The translations under genes were made by a program, and so were the position numbers. Positions 1-11,142 of a stretch of 64,000 bases of DNA are shown piece by piece (the stretch's first letter is position 1; each line of letters begins with the position of its first letter). The notes below the pieces were generated by a model. That model was not told where the DNA came from, did not search any database, and worked only from the letters and a program-made list of their open reading frames with translations. The DNA comes from Bilabrum cf. latius (Eukaryota), in assembly GCA_965178125.1 (NCBI GenBank), contig OZ237744.1, forward strand, positions 186,001 through 250,000, written 5' to 3'.

Positions 1-129
1 ACCAACTGCGACCTTCTATTTCGGGGAGGTTCCGTCGCTTGGCGCGGCGATACCGGATCAGATTGTTTGGTTCAAAGAGCACACTGAAATAACAAGATCT
101 GTTAAGGGCCGGCAATTCAGATTGTACGA

Positions 130-1917
130 ATGTTCTCGCTCCCCGTCGCTCGTGTGTGTGCGTTCAGGCCAGGAGATCAAAAGTGGGGAAGTACCGGATG
201 GCTCGCGGGAGTTTCCAGCGTCGTATGGGCCATGACTTGCCTGCTAGGAATCGCAAACGCATCCTGCACCGGCTCCATCTATTAGTATCGCATGGAACAT
301 GTCACGGTGTGTCCGATCCCTTCACCTTTTGATGCGGTGGGCCAGCCGTGCAACACTGGACATGGATGGACCCATCTGCAACTCGACGGCAAAAATTACT
401 GCACCAAGTCGCACTAGACCTTGAAGATCGGCAAGGATGAAAGCATTGGCGCCATGGTCGAGGATATCGAGTGCATGGTCGACGGGCCCAACGACCAGGC
501 GGCTTTCGCGCCTCGGTACTACACTCGACTTCAGGCCGAACTACAGCGAGAAGCAGAGTTGAAGGCAAGCACACCCGCTGCACGCTCTGGCGCTGCCTCA
601 TCAGGTTCGGGTGAAGGCGGGGAGGGCGGCGCAGCCAAAGCGGGTGGTGCTGCCAGCGCGAACCCGATGTGCGATCGCGGAGATCCGGAGGAGCCCACCT
701 ACAGCGGAGACGAGGCACTCGTGTACTCGTGGAAAGAGATCGAGGGCAGCCCTAGAAACCGCCAGGCAGTGGACCAGCTGGCGATTGGAGGCATGTCGCA
801 GCGGGCCCTGTCCATCGGCACGTACTCTGTGAACTCGCTCAACCGAGCCCTGCCGGGAACACCGGTACCTCACGTGTTTGACGTGTCCAAGTTGCCGCGA
901 GACGGTCCTGGAGACGAAGGAAGTGGAGATGATGGCAGTCATGCTGCTAGAGACTGCTTCGTGGCAGCTGCGGCCATCTACCCTCTGTCCGTGCGTGTGT
1001 TCCTGCCTCGCGAGGGCAAGTGCTCGCGAGGGGCCAAGGACATGAGGCACGTGGAATCGACGTACCATGCTGTAGCTCTTTGGGGGCAAGATGGAGAAGC
1101 GTCGGGCGGGGCATCGGGTGGCGCTGCATCTGGCAGAGAGAAGGTGCGGCTCAGCCTGGGACATGCTGCGCGCATAAAGGATTGCATGGAGACAGATGTC
1201 GACTGGCAGGATCTCGGCTCTGCGCTCATCAAGATGGGCCGCAAACCGGATCGCGCGAGAGCTGGGATCCCGTTCAGTGCAGTGGATGTAGGCGCTTCGC
1301 AAGCAGGCATGCACGAGCAGTTCGGGCTTGACCCAGCAGTCGATGAAAACCCGGCCCTGCTCAATGAAGCGGCAGTGGCCATCTAGACGGTAGTGGCGTA
1401 GTGCTTGAAGATCTCGGGGTGCTCAGGGTCCGGCGATGCAGATGGTGAAGGCAAACACAAGTCATCCATGTGCTTCTTCGATGTGGATCTAAAGGGGCTG
1501 CTTGAGTAGCCCGTGTGCACCTCCCCCGTGGCGATGTTCCCCATTGCTCGGGACAAGGGAGGGGCTAGTCAGTGCTTGGCGGCAACCAGGCCTGCAGCAG
1601 ATGCAGATGCAGATGCAGGTACAGGTGCAGGTGCAGGTGCAGGTGCAGGTGCAGGTGCAGGTGCAGGTGCAGGTGCAGGTGCAGGTGCAGGTGCAGGTGC
1701 AGGTGCAGGTGCAGGTGCAGGTGCAGGGATGTCCGAATCGAAGGTGGGGGGTCTGGGAGACTCGTCAGAACAAGCGGGGCATGGTGCTGCTACTGGTGGT
1801 GATGGCACACCTGCAAGCAGCGCGTTTCGGGGGCAGCAGTAGCCAGGGCGCCGCAACCCATTGCGGAGGAATCGCCGCCGAGACGGTGGATCAAGTGGCT
1901 CTAAGGCTGGGAAATGA
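130..1917 (+). CDS. Hypothetical protein, possibly secreted, with a (Gly-Ala)n tract
   Basis: One frame from ATG 130 (alternative ATG 232) to TGA 1915-1917 joins ORFs 421..1386 and 1513..1842. Its only interruptions are TAGs at 283, 415, 1384, 1399, 1507 and 1840. Hydrophobic N-terminal stretch; no recognisable domain. Confidence 0.6.
1615..1727 (+). repeat. (GCAGGT)n hexanucleotide microsatellite, about 18 units, encoding (AG)n
   Basis: Directly visible tandem repeat inside the first CDS. Confidence 0.95.
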
Positions 1918-2103
1918 TGAGACCAACAGACTGTGCCTTGCTTCCAACTTGTGCCAACGTATTCCGACTGTGCATGAAGGACCCGGAGACAAACGGCCAA
2001 ACTTGCATCGAGGGCCTGATTGGGGCACCACAATTAAAGTTTGAAAAGTGCACCGAGCCGATCCCCGGATCTGTATAGAAAACTATTCTGAGCAGTGTCT
2101 CCT

Positions 2104-4449
2104 ATGGCCAGTGGAATGATACCAACTAGGTTTGTGAAACTAGAGGACCAGAGTTGCATCGGCCGGTTCATTGAGGAATGTACGCGGATTGAGGGGCCTT
2201 GGAAGCTTGGATTCAGAGACCAAATCCCGGCCGACATTATCAAAGATGTCTCTGTCCAGATGATTAAGTCATCAGCATCGCTTGCAGGGCTTCGATATTC
2301 ACACCGGCAACTGTTTGAACCTGCAACTGTCCTTGCTGTTGCCGGAGCCATCTCGACGTGTACTAGCCTAAAGACTATCTATCTCTATGGCAGTGCGAAA
2401 GGAAGCGGCGTGCATGCGATTGCAAGGTCAATCAGACGCGACTGCAGACTGGAGCGCATTGACATGAGGGACGGCTAGAGGCTGCCCTTTCCGGCCGTTT
2501 GCGCCCTCAGTGAGAAGCTCAGCAGTGTACGAGAGTTAAAGTTACACAGCGCAGGACTCGGACCGCGGTGCTGCCGGTTGCTGTCTGGTGCCCTGCAGCG
2601 TGGCTAGTCCGTTCGATACTTGGACGTTCGTGGAAGTGACATCGACGACCGGGATGCAGCCGGTCTGATCGATGCTGGAATCAAATGCAGTGCCTTGGAG
2701 CGAATCTGCATCGACAGCACTGGGGCAGCACTGGAGACCGCCAGAGCCATTGCCAGAGCCGCTGCATCGCCAAGGCCCAGCAAGCTGCGATGGGTGCAAG
2801 CGGAAGACTGCCTCTTTGGATCGGAGGCTTGCAAAATCCTTGCCGGCGCGTTGAAGCAGAGGAACCAGTCGGAAACGCTCAGACTGACGATGAGAGAATC
2901 CATCACTTCCTTTGATGGCCTGCTCGCACTCAAGCCCTGGCTGCGTCCTGACACGCCCATCTGCGTCGAGTGGGAAGGCCATGGTCAGCATGACTACGAA
3001 TTGCATCATCTAGCGGGTGACTTGCTGCCGCCTCCCTTCACGCATGCCGACGACGAGCGCCATGCAGCCCCCCGCTGGCTGGGTGTGCTGCTGTGGCGCA
3101 GGGCACAAGAGGCGCGCAGAGACGCGGGCATGGTGTTCCAGGCAGCAAGCCAGGGCAGGCCCCTGGAGCTGGGCAAGCGGCTGAGGCTGGGGCGACTGGC
3201 AGGGGGCCTGGATCGGGAGGGGCGCGTGTCTTGCGGGCGTGGGAGGTGGTTGGGCGGGCCTGTGTTCGGGGCTCTGGGCGGGGGTCATGGGGAATGCCTG
3301 GGGCTGTTGCTGAAGGAGAGCTCGAGGCTGGGCTGGCTATGGCCGTGCGGGGAGCATGTGGGCGAGTGTGCGGGCGAGGGCGGCAGTATGTGCTGGTTGG
3401 AGGCGTGTGTGAGGCAGTGTGTCGGTGGCAGCGGGTGCAGGGAGGCCATCGGGGAGTGGGCAAGGCGGGCTGCGGATGGGCTTGGCGAGGAGGTGCGGGC
3501 GTGCGAGGTGGCGTGCGAGCGTGTGGGTCATGCTCGGCAGCAGGCTGAGCACTGGAGGGGGCAGGCCTTGGAGTGGCGGGAGAGGGGCGAGGGGGGTCTG
3601 GCTCAGATCGAGGCGAGTCGGGAGTGGTGGCGCGTGCATGCAGAGGGCAGGTGTGACGAGTGGATGGATCGGTACGGGAAGCGGCTTGGGTATGCGGGCT
3701 TGGAGGCTGAGCTGAGTGGGGGTGAAGGCGAGCAGGCAGGCAAGAGTGATGGGGATGGTGATGTGGATGATGATGTGGATTTGGATGAGGCGGCTGTCAT
3801 TCAGGATGGCGCGAAAGATGACGAAGACGGGGCAGCGGATTCGGGCGAAAGGGGCGGTGAGGACGATCATGCTGCAGAGCTGCACGAGGCCGGGATGGAC
3901 ATGTTCTTCTGGCGCGAGGACGAGCCGCCCAAGCTGGGCAACAGGTGGGACTGGCACACGTACAGACGGAATAAGATGCGGGCCGAGGCAGCGGAAGCCA
4001 GGGCGCGTGTGACGAGTGCGCGGGCAGGGGAGCGGGCAGACCGGCTGTTGCGTGGGCTGCGTGGGCTGCGGGATGGGTGCGTGGCTCTGGCGGGGCGGGG
4101 GTCAGGCGCATCGCACGAGAGTGCAGTGGATAGAGCTGGTGCTTCTACAGATGATGGGGGCAGTCGGTCTGGCTCGGCAGGCCGCTGTCTGGTGCCGCTT
4201 GTGTCTTCGGGTGGACTGCAAGGGGCCGCGGAGGGGGTGTTGCGGGCGTTGGGCGAGTGGTGCGGCGGGGCATGGGAGCTTGATGATGGTGGGGCGGATG
4301 GCGTGGATGTGTTTTGGGGTCGTGTGTGTGACGAGTGTGATGTGATGGGGTGGGTGCTGCCTGGTGACGGTGCCTCGCTGGTGGAAGCCCAGGTGGTGAT
4401 GTGCAAGAGTGAGGGAACTAATGAGTCCATGGTAGGAGGGGTCGTGTAA
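2104..4449 (+). CDS. RNI-like leucine-rich repeat protein with a low-complexity C-terminal half
   Basis: ORFs 2095..2478 and 2620..4449 share a frame and are joined through TAGs at 2476 and 2605. LRR-like motifs: SLKTIYLYG, RLERIDMRD, SVRELKLHS, SVRYLDVRG, ALERICIDS. Ends in TAA. Confidence 0.7.
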
Positions 4450-4612
4450 GTATGTATTAGTGCTGCATAAACAGTGGATTCCGGGAGCGCAACCTCAGGA
4501 GAGGAGAATCCCTGACCGCCGCTCGGTGCTTCGGCAGCTTTTCCGGTTTTCTTGAACCAGGTTGATCCGGCTCAGTCGAGCATTTCTCCTTTTGCAGTAG
4601 CACTAGCAACAC

Positions 4613-5521
4613 ATGGCGGCAGTAGCAACGAAAGCAGCTTTGTCTTCAGCTAGTCTGGCACTTCGTGGCTCACGTCCAGCCATTTTGACCAAGCTTATGT
4701 CTGTGATGGGAGAGATCGCGCCGCTCCGATTCGCTGGCTCGTGGGACAATGTTGGTTTACTAGTCGACACTGCGAGGCCCGATATACCAACGCCAGCAAA
4801 GATTTTTGTCACGAACGATCTCACGGAAAAAGTTGTGGGCGAGGCCATCGCAGAGGCTGTAGACATTATTGTCACGTATCATCCGACGCCGTTCCGGAAG
4901 CAAAACAAGTTCACCCGGGCAGATCCGACGTCAAGGATACTACTTGCATGCGCTCACCACGGAATTGCAGTGTATGCGCCTCACACTGCCCTTGACTGCG
5001 CGGAGAACGGGTTGAACGACTGGCTGGCATCTTCGTGCGGGCCGGGTTCCTCTGTTCCTATCAGCCCGGACAAGATCACGCCTGCGGCTGGTGAGGGCAG
5101 GCTCCGAACGCTCGATGAGCCAACAGCTCTGAGCGATGTAATTGAGAGGGTAAAGAAGCACCTGGGCTTGGATAACGTTCGGGTTGCCATCGCGATGGAC
5201 GCGTTGGAATCGTCCAAGGCCTCGAGCGACTCTGTCGCCAAGGCGGCCGAGAGCGTGCTGGTGCGCACCGTCGCGGTCTGCGCTGGTAGCGGCGCGTCAG
5301 TGGTGGGTGGTGTCAATGCCGACGTCTACCTGACTGGGGAGCTGTCCCACCACGACTGCTTGGCTGCCAACCACGCGGGACGCACCGTGATTCTGACGGA
5401 CCATTCGAACACCGAGAGAGGTTACCTGCCCACGCTGGCCTCCCGGATCAAGGAGGGCATGGGAGAAGACGCGGAGGTTGTGGTGACCAAGCTGGATGCG
5501 GATCCGCTCGTCATTGTGTGA
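4613..5521 (+). CDS. NIF3: NIF3-like protein (NIF3L1/YbgI, DUF34)
   Basis: Motifs WDNVGLLV, YHPTPF, PHTALD, VAVCAGSG, YLTGELSHH and HSNTERGYL. No internal TAG; ends in TGA. Confidence 0.95.
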   Translation: MAAVATKAALSSASLALRGSRPAILTKLMSVMGEIAPLRFAGSWDNVGLLVDTARPDIPTPAKIFVTNDLTEKVVGEAIAEAVDIIVTYHPTPFRKQNKFTRADPTSRILLACAHHGIAVYAPHTALDCAENGLNDWLASSCGPGSSVPISPDKITPAAGEGRLRTLDEPTALSDVIERVKKHLGLDNVRVAIAMDALESSKASSDSVAKAAESVLVRTVAVCAGSGASVVGGVNADVYLTGELSHHDCLAANHAGRTVILTDHSNTERGYLPTLASRIKEGMGEDAEVVVTKLDADPLVIV

Positions 5522-5759
5522 TGGTGATTGTGGCGGTGGCGATATGGATGAGGAGGACGAGTAGAAGTAACCACACACGAAGGAACCGCGAATGCTGCCG
5601 CGAGCGTCGAAATAGAAGTAGAACCGCTTGCAACCTTGCAGACGATTTGCAATGCAATTGAGACGTCTAGTCATATGTCGTTCACAAGCATGAATCGTAC
5701 ACTTTCGAACTCCTGCATCCATCACGACCTGTAGATCCAGATGCGTGCCCCGTCGGCTG

Positions 5760-8700
5760 TCACGCCCTTGTCCGCCTGCCCCCCCTTGCCCCTGCACCGA
5801 CCCTGCTCTTGCCCTTGCCCTTAGAACGCGATCTTCCAGACGAAGGAGACTTCGTAGACTTGGAAGGGGAGGAGGCCTGCGTCCTCCTGCGCTTCGCCGG
5901 GGCAGCTTCCTCCTCATCTTCCTCCTCTTCTTCCTGCCCCTCGTCGCTGTCGCTGCCGCTGCCGCCCGCATCGTCGTCCTCATCCACAGCACCGAGCCCA
6001 CCAGCGATCCGAAGCCCAGCCTCCTCGTCTTCGTCCTCCTCGTTTCTTTCTTTCCCTCCCGCCCCATCGAAAGCCTCCCCCTCGATTGCCAGCTGTGCCT
6101 CCGTGGCGCGAGACCGCTGCCGCGCCCGGGCCACCGACCCCGCGCTCAGGGCGCCAGCGTTCACACCGGCCTACCTGGCGCGTGCAGTGCTGGGGGGTCG
6201 CACCGACGGCGACATTCGTCCCGTAGAAGGAGGCAGGGCCTTGCGAAGGCCGCTCATGCCGTGCCCCTTAGCGGGGGTCTGCGGCACAGTGGCCTCTGCG
6301 GCTGCCGCCCGTGCGACGCTTGCCGAGCCCTGGCTTGCTGCTGCTGCGGCTGCAGCCGGTAGCCTGGGCTTGCCCCTGAACGTGCCAGGCGCCGGCCCGA
6401 ACTTGTCGAGGTCCAGCGTGGCGGATCCAGATGACTGCCTCTGCGAGTCGTGGTAGATGCCCACCAGCCCGTCTGCCTTCCCGTAGAAGCTGTCCTTGAG
6501 CGAAATGACGATGCACTGCAGCGGGACGCCCCTTCGAGGGTGCGACCTCTGCTGGATGTAGTGGCACACCTTGTGCACGTTCACGTTGTCCAGTGCCGCA
6601 TCCACCTCGTCCAGCACGAAGAAAGGGGAGGGGTGGTAGTGGTGGATGGCGAACAGGAGGGCAAGGGCTGCCACGGTCTTCTCTCCACCGGACAGCTGCT
6701 CCATGTCGCGGAAGTGCTTCCCGGGCGGAGACACGTTGTACCGGATGCCACCTCCTGCGAAGGGGTCCTCTTCGTTCCAGAGGTGCAGGCTCGCCTGCCC
6801 GCCGTGCACGTGCTTGGATGACCGCGTCAGCGCCTTGTACACCGAGTCGATCTTGCTGCGGACCGCGCTGTACGCGTCCATGAAGAGCTTCAGCCTGCGC
6901 TTGCGCACGCGCTCGAATGCCTTGGCCACCTGCTCCGCCTGCCCTTGCTTGGTCCTCGTTTCTGCCCTCTGCGTGCTGAGGCGCTTGGTCACGTCCTCGA
7001 GCTGATCGCCGGCCTTCATGTTGGGCGCAGAGGCCTGGATCTTGAGCCGCAGGACGCGGACCTGCTCCTGCAGCGACCTTGCCATGCTGTCTACCGCTCG
7101 CGAGTTCAGGTCAGACGCACGAGCCTTGGCGAGGAGCTCCGGCATCATCTTGTCGAAGTCGATCCGGGACGCGCGGTCCGCGTCCCGTCGCACGACAGAG
7201 GTGCTTCCCCTCGCGAATCGAGCAGAGGACAGCCGGGAGCTGCTGGCGCGCGTGCCGCTTGTGCCCGTCTCAATGCCCTCGTCGTCCATGGAAGCAGAGG
7301 CGGCCTGGCTCCCGCCCCGGCCCTTGGAGCCCTTCCGGCTCCTGCCCTCGTCCTCGTCCTCGTCCGCCTCATCGTCATCATCATCGTCCTCATCGCCCTC
7401 ATCGTCCTCTTTGAGAGGCACGACCACCTGGTCCAGCTCGAGCTGCGTGAGCAGGTCGTGCCTCTGAGCCCGCCCCTTCTGGAGCTGTGCCTCGGCGCCG
7501 TGGTGCGCCTTGGCAGCTTCCGCGCGCCTGCGGCCGGCCAGTGCCCTCCTCTCCCTGGTGCGGCGGACCTTGTCCTCCTGCCCCTGCACCTCCTCGCGGG
7601 CGGTGTCCACGGCCTGGCGGCGCTTAAGGAGCAGCTCTTCGGCGGCGTCCGCGGCTGCCTTGGCCTTGTCTGCGGCTGTGCCTGCTTTGCTCGCGGCCTT
7701 GTCGGCCTGCTCAGCTGCCTGAAGAGCTGCATCCCTGCGCTTCTCCAGGTCAGTGCACCTGTCAGCATCGCACTCCTCCTTCTCCTACAGCCTCTGCACG
7801 TGCTCCTGCCTCTCCTTGCTCCTCTTCTCGCTCGCCTCGTGTCTCTTGAGGACCGTGTCCTCGTAGTCGCGGATGCTGCCCAGCCCCAGTCGCTTGCATA
7901 GCGGCTCAAACACGCCAGATTCCATGCCCTCCACTTCCTCGGCCAGAGCGTCGATCTGCTCCTGCTGCTCCTGGGACTCTGCCTGGGCGGCTGCCAGCTT
8001 GGGCCGCACGTCGGCGAGCATCTTACGGACCTCACCAGCCTCGGCCTGCTTGGCGGCCCGCTGTGACGTCACTCGCTCCGCGTCGGCCTTGATGGTAGTG
8101 CGGCGGGCTTCGAGCGTCTGCAGCTGCGCGCGGATGCGAGCGGCCTCCCGCAGCGCCGTGCCGTCCATCGCGCCGGCGCCCGCATCGTCTCCACCGGCGG
8201 CGGCAGCGCCACCCTCGCCGCCCTCGTCCCCCGCTGCAGCAGACCCGCTGCCCAGCCCGAGGCGCCTCCTCAGCACGGCCTCCTCGCGCAGCAGCTCGTC
8301 CCTCCTCTTGCGCAGCCCCGCCAGCTCTTTCTCACTCACCCTCCTGCGCGAGCCAGCCCTGTCCAGCGCGCTGGCGCCGCCCGTCATGTTCCCGTTCTTG
8401 GCGATGACGACTCCGTCGAGGGTCACGAACTTGGTCTCCTTGCCCTTCTTGAAGCGCTGCTCCGCGGCGTCTTCCAGCGTGTTGGCCACGATGATGTTGC
8501 CGCAGACATAGTCCAGCGCGGGCGCGAAGCGGCTGTCGGCGCGCATGACGTCCCGAAGCCGCCTGAAGGCAGACCCGAGGTGGTCGAATGCAGAGTCTCT
8601 TGGCTTGGGGCGGAGGTCTGCCATGGGCAAAAAGAGGCAGGGCTTCACCCTCCTCTCTCGCAGGAACTCGATGCAGCGAGCCGCTGCCCCCGAGGTCTCC

Positions 8701-10968
8701 ACCACGATGGCGTCGCCGTACCGGCCCATGCCCACGTCCATGGCAGTCGTGTACCTCCCGTTGGTAGGCTCCACGAGGTCCACCAGCCTCCCGTGCACGT
8801 CAGGGAACAGCCTCTGCAGCTCGGCGATGGCCTCGGCCACTCTGCGGCCCGCCTCGCTCTCCTGCCGGTGGCTGGAAGCCTCCTCCAGCCTCTCCCGCAC
8901 GGTCAGCAGCTCGCCCGCCATGGCAGACTGCCGCGCCCTCCCCTCGTCCACCTCGCCCTGCACCTCGACCAGCTTGGCGGTCGAGCGCGCGGCCTCCTCC
9001 CCCAGCTTCTTCTCGGCAGCGAGGAGCTTCTCCAGCGTGGCACCATGCTTGCCTGCCTCCGCCTCGAGCACTTCCAGCTTCTGCGCGAGCGTCTGCTCCT
9101 CCTGCTTTAGGTCCTCCAGCCGGCGGGTCGACTGCTCCTGCTGCCTCCTGAGGCTGTCCAGCTCTGTTCTCTGCGTGCCGGTGAGCTGCCTTGCCTCTGC
9201 CTTCCTCTCCCTGTACTCGGCCAGGTCCTTCTTTCCCAGCTTCATCACTTTCTTGCCGGGGGACCCAGCGGCGCCAGATCCCTTGCTCTTGCGACGGGCG
9301 CCAGCCGCCTCCTCCTCCTCCTCGTCCTCCTCCTTCTGGGCCTGCTGCAGCTCCTCGATGTCGGATCGCAGCTTCTCCAGCGCTTGGGTCAGCTCCTTGA
9401 GCTCCTTGTCGGCCTTGGCAGCCGCCTCTCGCTCCCTCTTTGCCTTGGCTAGGGCAGAGCGCTGCGCCGCAGACCTCTCTTCCCGGATGCCCTCGGCCGT
9501 GCGGTAGGCCTTCTCCTACTTTGCGAGTGCCTGCTGCTGCTTGCTCATTGCCTGCTTGGCCAGCTTGTGCTCTTGGTTGGCCTGCTTGAGTGCAGTGCCC
9601 GCTTCTTCTTCCTCCTCCTGGCAGCCCTGGAGCTTCTCCGCCTCTCCCGTGGCAACCTACCTCTGCGCCTCGATGGTCTGCTCCACGTGGTGCAGCCGCC
9701 AGAGGGCCAGCTGTGTCTTGAGCTCCGACTGCGGCGGGTAGGGGGAGCAAATGAACGGGAAGCGGGGCATGGGGTGCGTATGAGGGTGCGGGGGGGGGGA
9801 GGTGGCGGTAATGCACGTCGAAAGCAGCACAGACCCGGGGGCAGGGAGCGTGGGCGTGGGTGGCTCGCAAGGGGAGCTGGGAGGCAGCTGGCGGCGGGGG
9901 TCGGACGGAATTGCCGGCCCCGTCAGCGTTAAGTGTCCGATTATTTGGTGCTATGGATCGATGGATCGCATGCCCCCCCCTCCCTCCCGGTGCTCGCTCG
10001 CGATCGCTTGCTGTCAGGCCTCACCTCGTCGTCCACGAGCTTCTGGTAGGCGTCTGCCTCGGCCTTCTGGTCCTGCACCGTCTTCTGCTCGGCGCGAAGA
10101 CTTCTTGCGCGCTAATTGGCGTACATAGCCTCGTCTCTCTTGCGCTGGAGCTCCTGCTCGAGCCGGTCGTAGCGGTCAGCAAGCGAGTGCGATCCGCTGA
10201 CCTGTTCGAAATGCGCCATCAGGCGCTCCGGAGACTGGCTCGCAATGCTCTCCACGTCTCCCTGAAAGACAAGGAAGTTTTTTGCCCGGGCGATGAGACC
10301 AATCTTCCTGAGGCGGGTGTGGTACTCCTTCTCGGAGACAGCCGTGCCGCCAAACCTGTACTGGGATGCTCCCGCCACTACCGATCGCCGCAACTCCAAT
10401 TCATCTCCGGCATCATATCCTTCAATTTCATCGTGAGGTCCTACGGTGTACATCAGGCGGACATCGGCTCTTCGCTGCGGTGGAGCTGGGCCGTCGCCGG
10501 CGTATACCAGGTCCTGCAGACGAGTTCCTCTCAAATCCCTGGTTGCCACTCCAAGCACGAAGCAAATCGCATCCATTAGATTACTCTTGCCTGCGATAAA
10601 CGATTGGTACCATATTCAGAGCAGTTCGTGGCCTTGCGCGGTGGTCAGTGGGTATCGCCCACGGAGCTGCCATCGGTGGGCGATGAGATACAAAGTGCTC
10701 TGCTCGCGATATTGCACTCCTTGCCTCCCACCAGACCACAGTTCAAGTATATTTCTCTAGGAATCAAGACAATGCGGCCTAAACGGATCGGTTGAGACGA
10801 AAATGACGACCGCCGGCGTTCCTGAGGCAGATGCTCACCAGATCCATTGGGCCCAATCACTGCCGTAAAGTCCTTGAAAGGACCAATTGTCATCCTTCCC
10901 CCATAGCTTTTGAAATTTTCTAGGATGATACGGTCAATACGCCCAGCGACGGGCGCAGAGGCTGCCAT
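5760..10968 (-). CDS. SMC1: Structural maintenance of chromosomes protein 1 (cohesin subunit)
   Basis: N-terminal LENFKSY and Walker [21 protein letters not shown], split by intron 10591..10838. Second intron 9729..10024. Hinge VHGRLVDL...VTLDG...GNMTGG. C-terminal [18 protein letters not shown] and [12 protein letters not shown]. In-frame TAGs at 10112, 9657, 9516, 7785 and 6171; TGA at 5760. Confidence 0.95.
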
Positions 10969-11142
10969 GGTAGCTGTCGAAACTCTGCTCCCAATTCGAA
11001 CCGGCCGAGAATCGCAAAGTAGCGTGCATAAATAATCCGATTTAGCTCTGCTGCCGTTTCGAAAAACGGATCTACTGCAGTAGAACAAAAGGACTTACAC
11101 GCTAGAAAACGTCAAAATCGTTAGTCCTTTGGGTTGTTCCCT
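10969..11142. promoter_or_regulatory. Probable bidirectional promoter between SMC1 and the DNAAF5-like gene
   Basis: 174-bp, lower-GC gap between two divergent start codons. Inferred from the arrangement only. Confidence 0.5.

Noticed and set aside
1615-1727. Telomeric or CRISPR-like repeat
   Set aside because: It is a spacerless coding hexamer microsatellite inside a reading frame.
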